A stretch of DNA of 64,000 nt. It comes from Bacteroidota bacterium. Its GTDB lineage: Bacteria > Bacteroidota > Ignavibacteria > Kapaibacteriales > UBA961. The translations under genes were made by a program, and so were the position numbers. The stretch covers positions 751,814-815,813 of the forward strand of contig OZ123195.1 of NCBI GenBank assembly GCA_964204605.1, in the 5' to 3' direction. Below the pieces are notes generated by a model. It saw nothing but the letters and a program-made list of their open reading frames with translations. It did not search any database and was not told where the DNA came from. This document shows positions 28,864 to 38,907 of the stretch, one piece after another. How positions within the stretch are numbered: the stretch's first letter is position 1; every line of letters begins with the position of its first letter.

Positions 28864-29607
28864 ATGAATACAATTGGAATAATACCAGCACGCTTACAAT
28901 CAGTTCGTTTTCCTAAAAAGATCCTAGCAGATCTACACGGTAAACCTATCATTCAGCATGTATGGGAAAAAGCTATACAAGCGAAATCACTATCAAAAGT
29001 TATTATTGCCGTAGATGATGATTCGGTATTTAACATATGTACTGCTTTTGGAGCAGAATGCATTATGACTAATCCAATGCTTGTAAGCGGAACTGATAGA
29101 ATATATCAAGCGTATACATCTGTAGATTCATCAACTGATTATATCGTAAATATACAAGGAGATGAACCTTTTATAAATCCTTCTATAATTGATGAATTAG
29201 TGTATTCGATGCAAATAACACAATGCGATATATGTACTCCAATAGTTCGTATCGTTAACCAAGAAGAATTATATAATTCATCTATTGTAAAAGTTGTTGT
29301 TGACGCTGATTATAATGCTTTGTATTTTTCTAGAGCTGCAATTCCTTTTATTCGTGATATTCCAAGCAATGAATGGATATCACATGCACATTATTATAAA
29401 CATGTAGGTATTTATTGTTATACTCATAAAGCATTAGAACAATTTGTACATTTGCCAATTGGTATTTTAGAACAAGTTGAAAAATTGGAACAATTAAGAA
29501 TGTTAGAAAACCATTATACAATTCATTGTTGTGTAATAGATGAACAAATTGGTTTTGGAATAGATAACCCTTTGGATTTAGAAAAAGCACGATTATTAAT
29601 ACAATAG
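28864..29607 (+). CDS. kdsB: 3-deoxy-manno-octulosonate cytidylyltransferase (CMP-KDO synthetase)
   Basis: N-terminus (IIPARLQSVRFPKK), the conserved QGDEP motif (IQGDEPFI) and a length of 247 aa. Confidence 0.9.
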   Translation: MNTIGIIPARLQSVRFPKKILADLHGKPIIQHVWEKAIQAKSLSKVIIAVDDDSVFNICTAFGAECIMTNPMLVSGTDRIYQAYTSVDSSTDYIVNIQGDEPFINPSIIDELVYSMQITQCDICTPIVRIVNQEELYNSSIVKVVVDADYNALYFSRAAIPFIRDIPSNEWISHAHYYKHVGIYCYTHKALEQFVHLPIGILEQVEKLEQLRMLENHYTIHCCVIDEQIGFGIDNPLDLEKARLLIQ

Positions 29608-29619
29608 AATATAGTTTAC

Positions 29620-30297
29620 GTGGAAGCAATTATCATAACAATAGATGGTCCTGCTGGATCTGGTAAATCAACTACAGCAAAAATTGTAGCAGAATTATTA
29701 GGGTATATTTATGTTGATTCTGGGGCAATGTATCGGGCGGTTACTTTAGCAACTATTCGTAATAAATGCGAAACAATTGAGCAGATTGTTCATTTATTAA
29801 ATAGTCTTCACATTGAATTAAAAATGAGTCCTTTTGGACAAAGAACATTTCTTAATGGTGAAGATATCAGCGAAGAAATAAGAGAGCCTATAATTACTGC
29901 TAAAGTTAGTTTTATAAGTTCGATTAAAGAAGTAAGAACAGTAATGGTAGATTTACAAAGAAAAATAGGCGCACAAAGTTCTATTGTAATGGATGGAAGA
30001 GATATTGGAACAGTTGTTTTTCCACATGCTCAATTAAAAATATATATGAATGCAAGTATTCAAGAAAGGGCAAAAAGACGTCTTGATCAAATGAAATCTA
30101 AATATTCTGAAAGTACATCCGATATATCTGAAATCACTGAACAACTTACACATAGAGATTATGCAGATTCTCATAGAGAAATAGATCCGCTTAAAGCTGC
30201 AGAAGATGCAATTATGTTAGATACTACAGTAATGACAATCCAAGAACAATGTGAATTTATCGTAAAAAAAGCTAAACAATTAATATATAATGAATAA
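29620..30297 (+). CDS. cmk: Cytidylate kinase
   Basis: P-loop (DGPAGSGKST) and the Cmk motif (VDSGAMYRAVTLA). Confidence 0.9.
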   Translation: MEAIIITIDGPAGSGKSTTAKIVAELLGYIYVDSGAMYRAVTLATIRNKCETIEQIVHLLNSLHIELKMSPFGQRTFLNGEDISEEIREPIITAKVSFISSIKEVRTVMVDLQRKIGAQSSIVMDGRDIGTVVFPHAQLKIYMNASIQERAKRRLDQMKSKYSESTSDISEITEQLTHRDYADSHREIDPLKAAEDAIMLDTTVMTIQEQCEFIVKKAKQLIYNE

Positions 30298-30306
30298 ACT
30301 ACTTGT

Positions 30307-31086
30307 ATGATTAGATTTTCAAATCCCTTTAAAAATATAGCATATACGATATATAGATGGTTGATTCCAATCTTAGATCCAATCAAGATAATAAAAAATG
30401 TTCCTGCTTATATTAGATATCTATCTCAAATGCTACAGTATGCATCAATGAATGGATCAGAGAAGGTATCGCTGATACATACTGCGCCCTATTTAGAAGA
30501 TTCTATCTCCATAACACCATTTATCAGACATTATTTCTATCAAGATATATGGGCATTTAAGAATATATATCACAGTAAGGTTACCCATCATATTGATATA
30601 GCATCTCGTATTGATTTAATAGGATTTTTAACTGCTATAACACATGTTACATTTATAGATATTAGGCCCTTATTAGCAGATTTAGATAATTATACTTCAA
30701 TTTCAGGAAGTATATTGCAGATTCCACTGGAAACTAATTCGGTACAATCATTGTCCTGCTTACATGTTGCTGAACATATAGGTTTAGGAAGATATGGTGA
30801 TGAATTAGATCCATATGGTACATTAAAATCTTGTGCAGAATTATCCAGAGTTCTTGCTCCCGGAGGATTTCTTTACTTTTCTTTACCTGTAGGTAAACCT
30901 AGAATTTGTTTTAATGCGCATAGAATACATTCGCCAGAACAAATCTTAAATTATTTTAGAAATTTACAATTAGTATCTTTGTCTGGAATAGATGATGATA
31001 ATACATACCATGAACATATATCAATAGAACAGCTTTCTTCTATGAATTATGGTTGTGGATTATTTGTTTTTACAAAGGTGAAATAA
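30307..31086 (+). CDS. Hypothetical protein, possibly a methyltransferase-fold-like (DUF268-type) protein; low confidence. It is inserted between cmk and ispH.
   Basis: 259 aa, cytoplasmic. LHVAEHIGLGRYGD..LDPYG and GGFLYFSLPVG resemble post-I/II motifs of class I SAM-methyltransferase-like folds, but no canonical GxGxG is seen. The stop overlaps the ispH ATG (TAATG). Confidence 0.4.
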   Translation: MIRFSNPFKNIAYTIYRWLIPILDPIKIIKNVPAYIRYLSQMLQYASMNGSEKVSLIHTAPYLEDSISITPFIRHYFYQDIWAFKNIYHSKVTHHIDIASRIDLIGFLTAITHVTFIDIRPLLADLDNYTSISGSILQIPLETNSVQSLSCLHVAEHIGLGRYGDELDPYGTLKSCAELSRVLAPGGFLYFSLPVGKPRICFNAHRIHSPEQILNYFRNLQLVSLSGIDDDNTYHEHISIEQLSSMNYGCGLFVFTKVK

Positions 31087-31985
31087 TGCAAGTAACAATA
31101 GATAAATTTTCTGGTTTTTGTTGGGGTGTAGTTAGAACAGTCCAAATAGCCGAACAAGCACTTCTTACAAAAGAAAAAGTATATGTTTTAGGGAATATCA
31201 TTCATAATCCAAAAGAAATTGAACGATTAGAAAATCAAGGTTTAACTACCATCACAGTTGATGATTTTGAATCAATCGCTAAAGAATCTAAAGAATTAAA
31301 TATTGTCCCTAAAATTCTTATTAGAGCACATGGAGAGCCACCTGAAACATATAAAAAAGCGTGGTTATTGGGTCTTGAAATTATAGATGCAACGTGTCCG
31401 GTAGTGACAAAACTACAAGAAAGAGTAAGAAAATTTTACGATCAAGGCTATCAAGTTGTCATTTTTGGAAAAAAAGATCATGCAGAAGTTCTTGGGGTTA
31501 GAGGCGTATGTAATGATCAATGTAAAGTTGTTATTTCTGTTGAACAAGCTTTGAATGAAGTAGATTTAGATCAAAAGACTGTGTTTTTTTCGCAAACAAC
31601 TATGGACAGGCCAACATTCCTTCTCATCAAAGATGCTTTGCAAGTGAAGATCAAAGATTTAGTGATCGATACAATGGAAAATATTGCAACTGAATTTCAT
31701 GCGAAAGATACGATTTGTGGTCAAGTTTCTGGTAGAGAATTTCTTCTCAAACAATTTGCGGAGCAAAATGATTGTATCGTTTTTGTTGCCGGAAAAGCCT
31801 CTTCCAATGGGAAAGTTCTCTATGATGTATGCAAAGAAGTAAATATCAATACATTTTTTGTTGAAGATATTTCTGAGATAGATATAAATTGGTTTATTGG
31901 TAAAAATTCTGTTGGTATTACTGGTGCAACTTCTACGCCTCAATGGTATATGAATCATGTAAAAGAATTTTTATATTCATTATAA
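31086..31985 (+). CDS. ispH: 4-hydroxy-3-methylbut-2-enyl diphosphate reductase
   Basis: Starts MQVTIDKFSGFCWGV (first cluster Cys), second Cys in ATCPVV, third Cys in DTICGQ. Conserved SSN motif (ASSNG). Confidence 0.9.
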   Translation: MQVTIDKFSGFCWGVVRTVQIAEQALLTKEKVYVLGNIIHNPKEIERLENQGLTTITVDDFESIAKESKELNIVPKILIRAHGEPPETYKKAWLLGLEIIDATCPVVTKLQERVRKFYDQGYQVVIFGKKDHAEVLGVRGVCNDQCKVVISVEQALNEVDLDQKTVFFSQTTMDRPTFLLIKDALQVKIKDLVIDTMENIATEFHAKDTICGQVSGREFLLKQFAEQNDCIVFVAGKASSNGKVLYDVCKEVNINTFFVEDISEIDINWFIGKNSVGITGATSTPQWYMNHVKEFLYSL

Positions 31986-32025
31986 TTCAACACTAATACA
32001 TATTACTCAAAGTAGTAAATTAGTT

Positions 32026-32265
32026 GTGTACTTTTATGAGAAAAACTATATGACATTTTTAATACTTGTATCGGTAGCTGTAATTGTTTTTATATATACA
32101 ATTACAGCAATTGTTCTTAGCCAAGAAATATCAGCTTTTATCACTGAAATATCTTCAAGTACCTTGTTAGGTTCACTTTCAGCTTTTATTACTGGTGTAA
32201 TTCTTATAGTAGGTGCAGCATATATATCTGTTATGACATTAAAAAAACGATTTACTAGATTGTAA
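32026..32265 (+). CDS. Small two-TM membrane protein (79 aa), unknown function
   Basis: Two clear hydrophobic helices with a basic C-terminal tail. No homologue recognised. Confidence 0.3.
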   Translation: MYFYEKNYMTFLILVSVAVIVFIYTITAIVLSQEISAFITEISSSTLLGSLSAFITGVILIVGAAYISVMTLKKRFTRL

Positions 32266-32296
32266 TTGAACATACTATCAATTTCGGATTTTTAGA

Positions 32297-33031
32297 ATGA
32301 CAGATTATACATCTGATATTTTAGTTATTGCTGCTCATCCTGATGATGCTGAGCTTGGCTGCGGTGGAACTATCATAGATTTTACATCTAAGGGTTATTC
32401 TGTCTCTATTGTCGATTGTTCTGAAGGTGAATTAGGAAGTAGAGGTACAATAGAACAAAGATATGCTGAAGCCCAGAATGCAGATATTGTTTTGGGTATT
32501 AAACAACGTTTTAATCTTCAGTATCCAGATGGTTCTTTACAATATCATCAACAATTAGGTAAAGACATTGCATCATATATTCGTTTAATAAAGCCTAAGA
32601 TTCTCTTATTTCCGCCTGCTTTCGAAAGACATCCAGACCATGAAGCCATCCATAATATGTGTAGAACTGCATATTTTCTTAGTGGTTTAAAACAAGTTGA
32701 ATTATATCATAATGATAAAGCTCTTGAACCTTATAGACCTTCAAGAATATTTTCTTATATACAAGCATATCATCAAGAACCTGATTTTATTATCGATATA
32801 AGTAATTCTTTTCACAAGAAGATGGAAGCTATTCATTGTTATTCATCTCAAGTATATGTAGAGAATAAACATAATACTGATGAACCTGAAACATATATTT
32901 CCACTCCTGCATTTATGCAATCTCAAATTGCCCGTGCACAATATTTTGGTTCAATGATAGGTACAGAATATGGGGAAGGATTCTTAACCATTGATGCATT
33001 TGGTTTATCCAGCATGAGCATTTTATTGTGA
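32297..33031 (+). CDS. PIG-L/LmbE family N-acetylglucosaminyl deacetylase (bacillithiol biosynthesis BshB-like)
   Basis: Motifs VIAAHPDDAELGCGG and HPDHEAIH. Confidence 0.75.
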   Translation: MTDYTSDILVIAAHPDDAELGCGGTIIDFTSKGYSVSIVDCSEGELGSRGTIEQRYAEAQNADIVLGIKQRFNLQYPDGSLQYHQQLGKDIASYIRLIKPKILLFPPAFERHPDHEAIHNMCRTAYFLSGLKQVELYHNDKALEPYRPSRIFSYIQAYHQEPDFIIDISNSFHKKMEAIHCYSSQVYVENKHNTDEPETYISTPAFMQSQIARAQYFGSMIGTEYGEGFLTIDAFGLSSMSILL

Positions 33032-34944
33032 TATATTGCAAGAAACATATACTATTCATATGTATCATATCAATGTGTGTAATGCCACAATACTTGATAT
33101 CACAAATAGATTCACTGAATATAGATTCAACTCTCATCATACCTATGCAATTGCATGGCGCCCCTTGTATGTCAACTATACCATTAAAAAAAATCAATAA
33201 ATATGATATTCAACTTATCAATGCATTAAATACGGCAGATATTATCTCTTTATCAAGTCCTTTTATGACTAAACATCTTGGTGATAAGGGATTATTTAGT
33301 AGCATATCAATTTTTGGATCGCAAATACATAATGTACAAGCATCAATGAATGGTGTTCCTTTAAATGATTGCTCTTTTGGTACAATTAATCTAGAAAATA
33401 TTTCTATAGAGTCATTACAGTCATTAACTATTATGTCAGGAACAGATGCAGCAATTTTAGGTGGCTCTTCGGGAGTATTCATGTATGGACAATTAAATCA
33501 ATATTCTTCAGAGAAACCGTATACAAGGATGCAATATCAACAAGCAGCTTATGATTATATAGCATCTGAGGGTTTATTTTCACAAAACATTTCTCAGAAC
33601 TCTAATGTGTTTTTTGGATTTAGAAGACAATCCTCTTCTTCCAGGTTTTTGAATGCAGGGTTTGATCAATGGAATCTAAGAGCGGGTTTTAGATATAATC
33701 CAACACAATCTACTTCAATATCGCTTACAGAACTTTTTACAAATCATGGGGTACATGATAATGGTGGATTATCTTTTAATTCTTCTTTTAATGATCCATT
33801 AACGGCACAAGTGCTTATTGTAGATATGAATAGAAGACAATTTAGACATGATATAATTGGCACGATAACATATCTTCCACAAAAAGATTCCTCATTATTA
33901 TATACAAGCTCAATCTATGTATCTACTACTAGGTGGGAGATTAATAATGGATCATTACATTCATTGTATAAGGATACATCTATCTTTCAACATATAAATA
34001 ATGTCCATTCTGGTATTGAATCACGGGTAGAATATGTGTTAAATCCTCATATACGATCTACAGTAGGATTAGGACTATCTTATCAACATAGTACCTTTAC
34101 TTCATCGATATCAGATTATTCTGGCATTAATGCGCATTCATATCTTCACTTTTTGTACACACCAACAGATAAGCTTGCTATTGTATCAGGATGTAGAGTT
34201 CAAAAAATGAGAGATTCTTATGTATTCTTTAGTGGTGTAAAAACTTTCTATTCATTTTCACATGTTACCGCAGGTATAGATCTTAGTATATCTTCAAGAA
34301 TGCCTACTCTAATAGATAATTATAGTAATAATGCATTAGAAAAGCATACACTTATATATACTCCATTTAGTTATCAAACTAACAATGCAACTATAAAAGT
34401 ATCACCATTTATTAGAATGATACAGAATCCTTACATAGCTATGTCTGCGTATGATTCTAATAAAGTATCTTTATTAGGTAATCGCATTAATCAGCAAACT
34501 TCATTAATTCATACTGGTTTAATGGCTAATATGTCATTGAATATTGGAAAGAATATTACTGTACAAGCACAATTACACTATCAGAAATCTGCTTTGGATG
34601 ATTCTACGATCTATGAAAATCCATCTCTATATATTCTATGTAATGCAGAATATAAGCAGTCCATAGGTAATAGTGAGATTCTAGGAGGTTGTACTATATC
34701 TGGTATGTCTACATCTTCTGGTTCAAGATATATACCACAGACAATGAATATATCGTATGAATCTACTATGGTTCAAACGATGGGTTGGAATGGAGTAGAA
34801 ATATATGCATCAGCGAAACTTGGTAATGCTCGAGTAAGAGCATCTGTTCTCAATCTATTTAATGCAACAATGATGGAATATGCTGGCTATCCTATTCAAG
34901 ATAATACATTCAGATTCTCTGTTGCTTGGTCTTTTAATGATTAA
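33028..34944 (+). CDS. TonB-dependent-receptor-like outer-membrane protein (plug domain plus beta-barrel)
   Basis: The N-terminal region matches the TBDR plug domain (DIISLSSPFMTKHLGDKGLFSSISIFGS..., GVPLNDCSFGTINLENI). Beta-strand-rich remainder. At 638 aa it is short for a TBDR and lacks a terminal Phe. Confidence 0.55.
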   Translation: MIYCKKHILFICIISMCVMPQYLISQIDSLNIDSTLIIPMQLHGAPCMSTIPLKKINKYDIQLINALNTADIISLSSPFMTKHLGDKGLFSSISIFGSQIHNVQASMNGVPLNDCSFGTINLENISIESLQSLTIMSGTDAAILGGSSGVFMYGQLNQYSSEKPYTRMQYQQAAYDYIASEGLFSQNISQNSNVFFGFRRQSSSSRFLNAGFDQWNLRAGFRYNPTQSTSISLTELFTNHGVHDNGGLSFNSSFNDPLTAQVLIVDMNRRQFRHDIIGTITYLPQKDSSLLYTSSIYVSTTRWEINNGSLHSLYKDTSIFQHINNVHSGIESRVEYVLNPHIRSTVGLGLSYQHSTFTSSISDYSGINAHSYLHFLYTPTDKLAIVSGCRVQKMRDSYVFFSGVKTFYSFSHVTAGIDLSISSRMPTLIDNYSNNALEKHTLIYTPFSYQTNNATIKVSPFIRMIQNPYIAMSAYDSNKVSLLGNRINQQTSLIHTGLMANMSLNIGKNITVQAQLHYQKSALDDSTIYENPSLYILCNAEYKQSIGNSEILGGCTISGMSTSSGSRYIPQTMNISYESTMVQTMGWNGVEIYASAKLGNARVRASVLNLFNATMMEYAGYPIQDNTFRFSVAWSFND

Positions 34945-34961
34945 TTATATAAAATTACAGC

Positions 34962-35651
34962 ATGAGTAAAGAAGTTAAAGACATGTTTGCTTCCATAGCA
35001 CCTAAATATGATACAGCTAATTCAATTTTGTCATTAGGTATTCATCATGTGTGGAGAAATAAAACGGTAGAACTCTCTGGAGCAAAAAAAGGATATAGAG
35101 TATTAGATTGTGCAACTGGTACTGGCGATTTAGCTTTGGCATTTAAGAATACAGTAGGTGATTCTGGTTATGTGTTAGGGACAGATTTTTGTGTAGAGAT
35201 GATGGAAACTGCACCTGCTAAATCTGCTAAGAAACAACTACATGTTGACTTTGAAGTTGCTGATGCAATGAATCTACAATATGACGATGATTCTTTTGAT
35301 ATAGCAAGTATCTCTTTTGGAATAAGAAATGTAGATAATCCTATTATTGCATTATCTGAAATGGCACGTGTTGTAAAATCTGGTGGTACTATTGTTGTGC
35401 TTGAGTTTGGACAACCCAATGGCTTATTTGGTAGCTTTTATTCATGGTATAGCACATATGTCATACCGTATTTAGGAGGTATCTTAACGGGCAATGCAGA
35501 TGCATATCGTTATTTACCCAAGACTGCTGCTATATTTCCATGTAGAGAAGAATTCACAGATTTAATGCTTAAAACAGGATATATAGAATCTGCAACATTC
35601 TATTCACTTACCTTTGGCATTGCCTTTTTATATATTGGAAAAGTAAAATGA
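34962..35651 (+). CDS. ubiE: Demethylmenaquinone/ubiquinone methyltransferase
   Basis: Conserved start FASIAPKYDTAN (YD..N motif), SAM motif LDCATGTGD, and LEFGQP. Confidence 0.9.
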   Translation: MSKEVKDMFASIAPKYDTANSILSLGIHHVWRNKTVELSGAKKGYRVLDCATGTGDLALAFKNTVGDSGYVLGTDFCVEMMETAPAKSAKKQLHVDFEVADAMNLQYDDDSFDIASISFGIRNVDNPIIALSEMARVVKSGGTIVVLEFGQPNGLFGSFYSWYSTYVIPYLGGILTGNADAYRYLPKTAAIFPCREEFTDLMLKTGYIESATFYSLTFGIAFLYIGKVK

Positions 35652-36100
35652 TCAGTAAATTTTTGTTTTTTATCCTTGTCTTATCATGTTTTTCGTGTTC
35701 TGAAAAAAAGAATTATATCGGATCTGAACCACAACAAAGTATCAGAACAATTACAGTAAATGAAGCAGTTAAGCCAGAAAACTATGATAATAAAGTACGT
35801 ATTTCTGGAAAAGTTTTTAAAGTATGTAAAGAAGAAGGTTGTTGGTTAGTTCTGCAATATGGCAGTGATAAGATACGTATGATTTTCAAGGATCCTGCTA
35901 TTGCTGCACCAATGGATTGTGAAGGAAAACAGCTTAAAGCAGAAGGAAAAATTGTTGAGTTATTAGCAGATAGGGAAGAAGCATTAACATATCTAAAGCA
36001 ATTGGGTGTTGATACAGTTGATATGCCAAGCGGAAAATTAAGATTACCTGTCTTTATCGTAGAAACACTCTATACTGATGGAATAATCAATGAAAAATAA
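35648..36100 (+). CDS. DUF4920-like lipoprotein
   Basis: Lipobox (VLSCFSCS) and the conserved C..EEGCW motif (KVCKEEGCWLVLQ). Confidence 0.5.
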   Translation: MISKFLFFILVLSCFSCSEKKNYIGSEPQQSIRTITVNEAVKPENYDNKVRISGKVFKVCKEEGCWLVLQYGSDKIRMIFKDPAIAAPMDCEGKQLKAEGKIVELLADREEALTYLKQLGVDTVDMPSGKLRLPVFIVETLYTDGIINEK

Positions 36101-36290
36101 ACGACTCATTGTATTCTATATATGTATCCTAAGCATATCTATACTGCAAGGATGTGAACGCTTAAAAGATAAATGGGAAACCAGAGAAAGAAGAGTTCAG
36201 TATCTTAGATCTTCGATTGATTCTGCTAGAAAACATAATACTAAAATGTATGATTCTATTGGTAAACAACAAGATACCATCATGAAATAA
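36090..36290 (+). CDS. Small lipoprotein (66 aa), unknown function
   Basis: Lipobox ILQGCE followed by a charged coiled-coil-like segment. Confidence 0.3.
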   Translation: MKNKRLIVFYICILSISILQGCERLKDKWETRERRVQYLRSSIDSARKHNTKMYDSIGKQQDTIMK

Positions 36291-37964
36291 CTATATTTTT
36301 TTGAATTGTTTTCCTTGATATTGAGCAAATAAATGTTTTGCTTTATTTCTTTGATATTTACCAGTGGAAGTTACAGGTAACTTATCTGTAAATACTATAC
36401 ATTTTGGTGCTTTACTAAATGGAAGTTTTTGAAAGCAATATTGAAGGATTTCTTCTTCTTTTACATCTTTATGTGTAGGTATAATAAGCGCACCAACTTC
36501 TTCTCCATAAAAGTCATTTACGAATCCCACACAAATACCTGCCTTTACGCCTGGTGCTCCTGCTATAACTTCATCAATTTCTAATGGTGCTAGATTGACA
36601 CCACCTCTAATAATTAACTCTTTTAATCTTCCGGTAATAAAGAAATAGGGATTATTATGTGAATCTTTTACCCAAAATCCTTCATCACCACTTCTAAACC
36701 AACCATGAGAAAAAGCTTGTTCATTTGCATCAAGCGTATTATAATATTCCTTCATTACATTATATCCACGAATAACAATTTCACCTCTTTGATGTTCAGC
36801 TAAAGAATGTCCAAACATATCGTGAATTTCCATTTGATTACATGGTAATGGAATGCCTATACTAGGAAATCCAAAAGATTGCATCCAATGAATATGTTCA
36901 TCTTTGCTTAAATCTGAAGGTATAAAGCAAGAATAACATGTCGTTTCACTTAATCCATAACCGTGGATAATAGGAATTGAAAACCTTTTTTCAAAAGCAT
37001 GTGCTAATTCGCATGTTAAAGGGCCAGCACCGCATATAATATGAGAAAATCCACTGTTGATGGCTGATTCAGAATGTAGATCAGATTCCAATAAAAAAGC
37101 TAATAGTGTAGGTACAACAGAGACAATATGAACTTGCTCTTGAACAATTCTCTCAAAAAAGATATCTGTTTGAAATTTTCTGTTTAAAACAACAGAAGCA
37201 CCAACATAAAATGGAGTAATATGTGTTACAATACATCCATTCACATGATGAATTGGTAAAACACACATCATCTTTGTCATATTAGTAATATGATGCCAAG
37301 AAGAAATGCTATCGGCATCTGCTAGCATTTGTTGTTGGTTTAATACTACACCTTTAGGATTCCCGGTTGTACCACTTGTATATACTAGTAAGGATTCACA
37401 GTCTAACATAGATTCTAAACTTAATGGACATTCAGGCATAGATCTAATCTTTTCTGCATATAGACTGTCTTTTTGATCAGTATCTACTTCAATACTTATG
37501 ACATGTGAATCTTTGATGAATTGGGAAATTCTATCACTATATTCTGATCTACATAAGATAATCTTCGACAAAGAATTATGGATAATATATGATAGTCTAG
37601 AATCATCTTCTGTCATATTTAATGGTACAATGCAAGCACCTAAAATCCATGCAGCAAAATATTGAACAATGGTATCCGAATGATTATGAGCAGCAATAGC
37701 AATGGTATCTCCCTTTGTAATACCACAATGCATTAAGTAGGAAGCAGTTTTTCTAGCTTCAGATATAAACTCAGCATATGTATAGTGTTTTCTATTATTG
37801 AATTCATCATAATAAACTAAAAAGAGAGAAGAAGCCTGCTGAGTATCGTGCAAATAAGCATGCATTAAACATGAAAATGAATCTGCTTTTAACTGTAATG
37901 GACTATCATCAAGTTTTCTAGCATGAGCTATTTTTTCTGATAATGAATATTCGATATTATCCAT
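36291..37964 (-). CDS. AMP-dependent acyl-CoA synthetase/ligase. The start is assigned to the internal Met (MDNIEY...), which removes the 50-nt overlap with the permease gene.
   Basis: AMP-binding motifs (YTSGTTGNPKGV; GYGLSET; linker and C-terminal lysine region GKYQRNK). Confidence 0.8.
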   Translation of the reverse strand: MDNIEYSLSEKIAHARKLDDSPLQLKADSFSCLMHAYLHDTQQASSLFLVYYDEFNNRKHYTYAEFISEARKTASYLMHCGITKGDTIAIAAHNHSDTIVQYFAAWILGACIVPLNMTEDDSRLSYIIHNSLSKIILCRSEYSDRISQFIKDSHVISIEVDTDQKDSLYAEKIRSMPECPLSLESMLDCESLLVYTSGTTGNPKGVVLNQQQMLADADSISSWHHITNMTKMMCVLPIHHVNGCIVTHITPFYVGASVVLNRKFQTDIFFERIVQEQVHIVSVVPTLLAFLLESDLHSESAINSGFSHIICGAGPLTCELAHAFEKRFSIPIIHGYGLSETTCYSCFIPSDLSKDEHIHWMQSFGFPSIGIPLPCNQMEIHDMFGHSLAEHQRGEIVIRGYNVMKEYYNTLDANEQAFSHGWFRSGDEGFWVKDSHNNPYFFITGRLKELIIRGGVNLAPLEIDEVIAGAPGVKAGICVGFVNDFYGEEVGALIIPTHKDVKEEEILQYCFQKLPFSKAPKCIVFTDKLPVTSTGKYQRNKAKHLFAQYQGKQFKKI

Positions 37965-38838
37965 TGTTTTTAACAAGTTTAGATTGGGCATAAGAAAATA
38001 ATGCAATTACAATAAACAGAACATATGCCAAAGCAGCTCCATAGCCCATTGCATCTGTTTTTTCAAAAGCATTTGTAAAAATAAGATAGACAACAGTTAA
38101 TGTAGAATTAAGAGGTCCGCCTTTTGTCATAGTATAAACTTCTACGAATATCTGCAAAGATTTAATAGTTGCAATTACTAAAACAAAGACTAAAGTTGGT
38201 TTTAATAAAGGCAAAGTAATCTTTATTAATTTTTGAAATGCATTAGCCCCTTGTAATTCTGCAGATTCATAGATATCAATAGGAATAGACTGTAGTCCAG
38301 CTAAAAAAAGCATCATATAATATCCTGTTGATAGCCAGATATCCATAGCCATTACAGACATTAAAGCAGTAGAAGTTTCAAGCAAAAATCCTTTTTCACT
38401 ATGTGGCAAACCAATAATCTGTAATAGTGAATTAATATATCCATCTTTAGCATACAGATTTGTAAAAATTAAAGTAATAACAATAATGGATGTTACAGAT
38501 GGTAAGAACAATCCTGCCCTATAAAAAGATGGGAATTTCGATAGTTTTGAATTGAGTAAAACGGCTAAGAAAAGCGCAAAAAAAGTAGCAATAGGAACCG
38601 AGCCCAAAGTATACAGAATAGTATTATATAGAGCTTTCCAGAATAATGGATCTACCATTATTGATTGATAATTATGTAAGCCAATAAATTCAGTTGTATT
38701 TCCTAATGATTTATATTTAGTAAAGCTAAGATATAATGCATACAAAAGGGGATACATCCAAAAAACGAGCAGTTTTACTATCCATGGGGATAAAAAGGTA
38801 AAAGCATATCGAGTATGTATCTTTTTTAAATTTCCCAT
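37957..38838 (-). CDS. Carbohydrate ABC transporter permease (MalF/UgpA-type, 6 TM, EAA loop)
   Basis: 293 aa. EAA motif (ESAELQGANAFQKLIKITLP) and six TM helices. No partner permease, binding protein or ATPase is adjacent. Confidence 0.8.
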   Translation of the reverse strand: MGNLKKIHTRYAFTFLSPWIVKLLVFWMYPLLYALYLSFTKYKSLGNTTEFIGLHNYQSIMVDPLFWKALYNTILYTLGSVPIATFFALFLAVLLNSKLSKFPSFYRAGLFLPSVTSIIVITLIFTNLYAKDGYINSLLQIIGLPHSEKGFLLETSTALMSVMAMDIWLSTGYYMMLFLAGLQSIPIDIYESAELQGANAFQKLIKITLPLLKPTLVFVLVIATIKSLQIFVEVYTMTKGGPLNSTLTVVYLIFTNAFEKTDAMGYGAALAYVLFIVIALFSYAQSKLVKNNG

Positions 38839-38907
38839 ATTACCTTAGTCAGTATAAAAAGAAAGGGTGTTCTCCTAAGAAAACACCCTTAAATATACTC
38901 AATTACT

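Noticed and set aside
31659-31958. 99-aa antisense ORF within ispH, and a 75-aa antisense ORF at 32046–32273.
   Set aside because: They overlap better-supported genes on the other strand and have no homology or expression signals.
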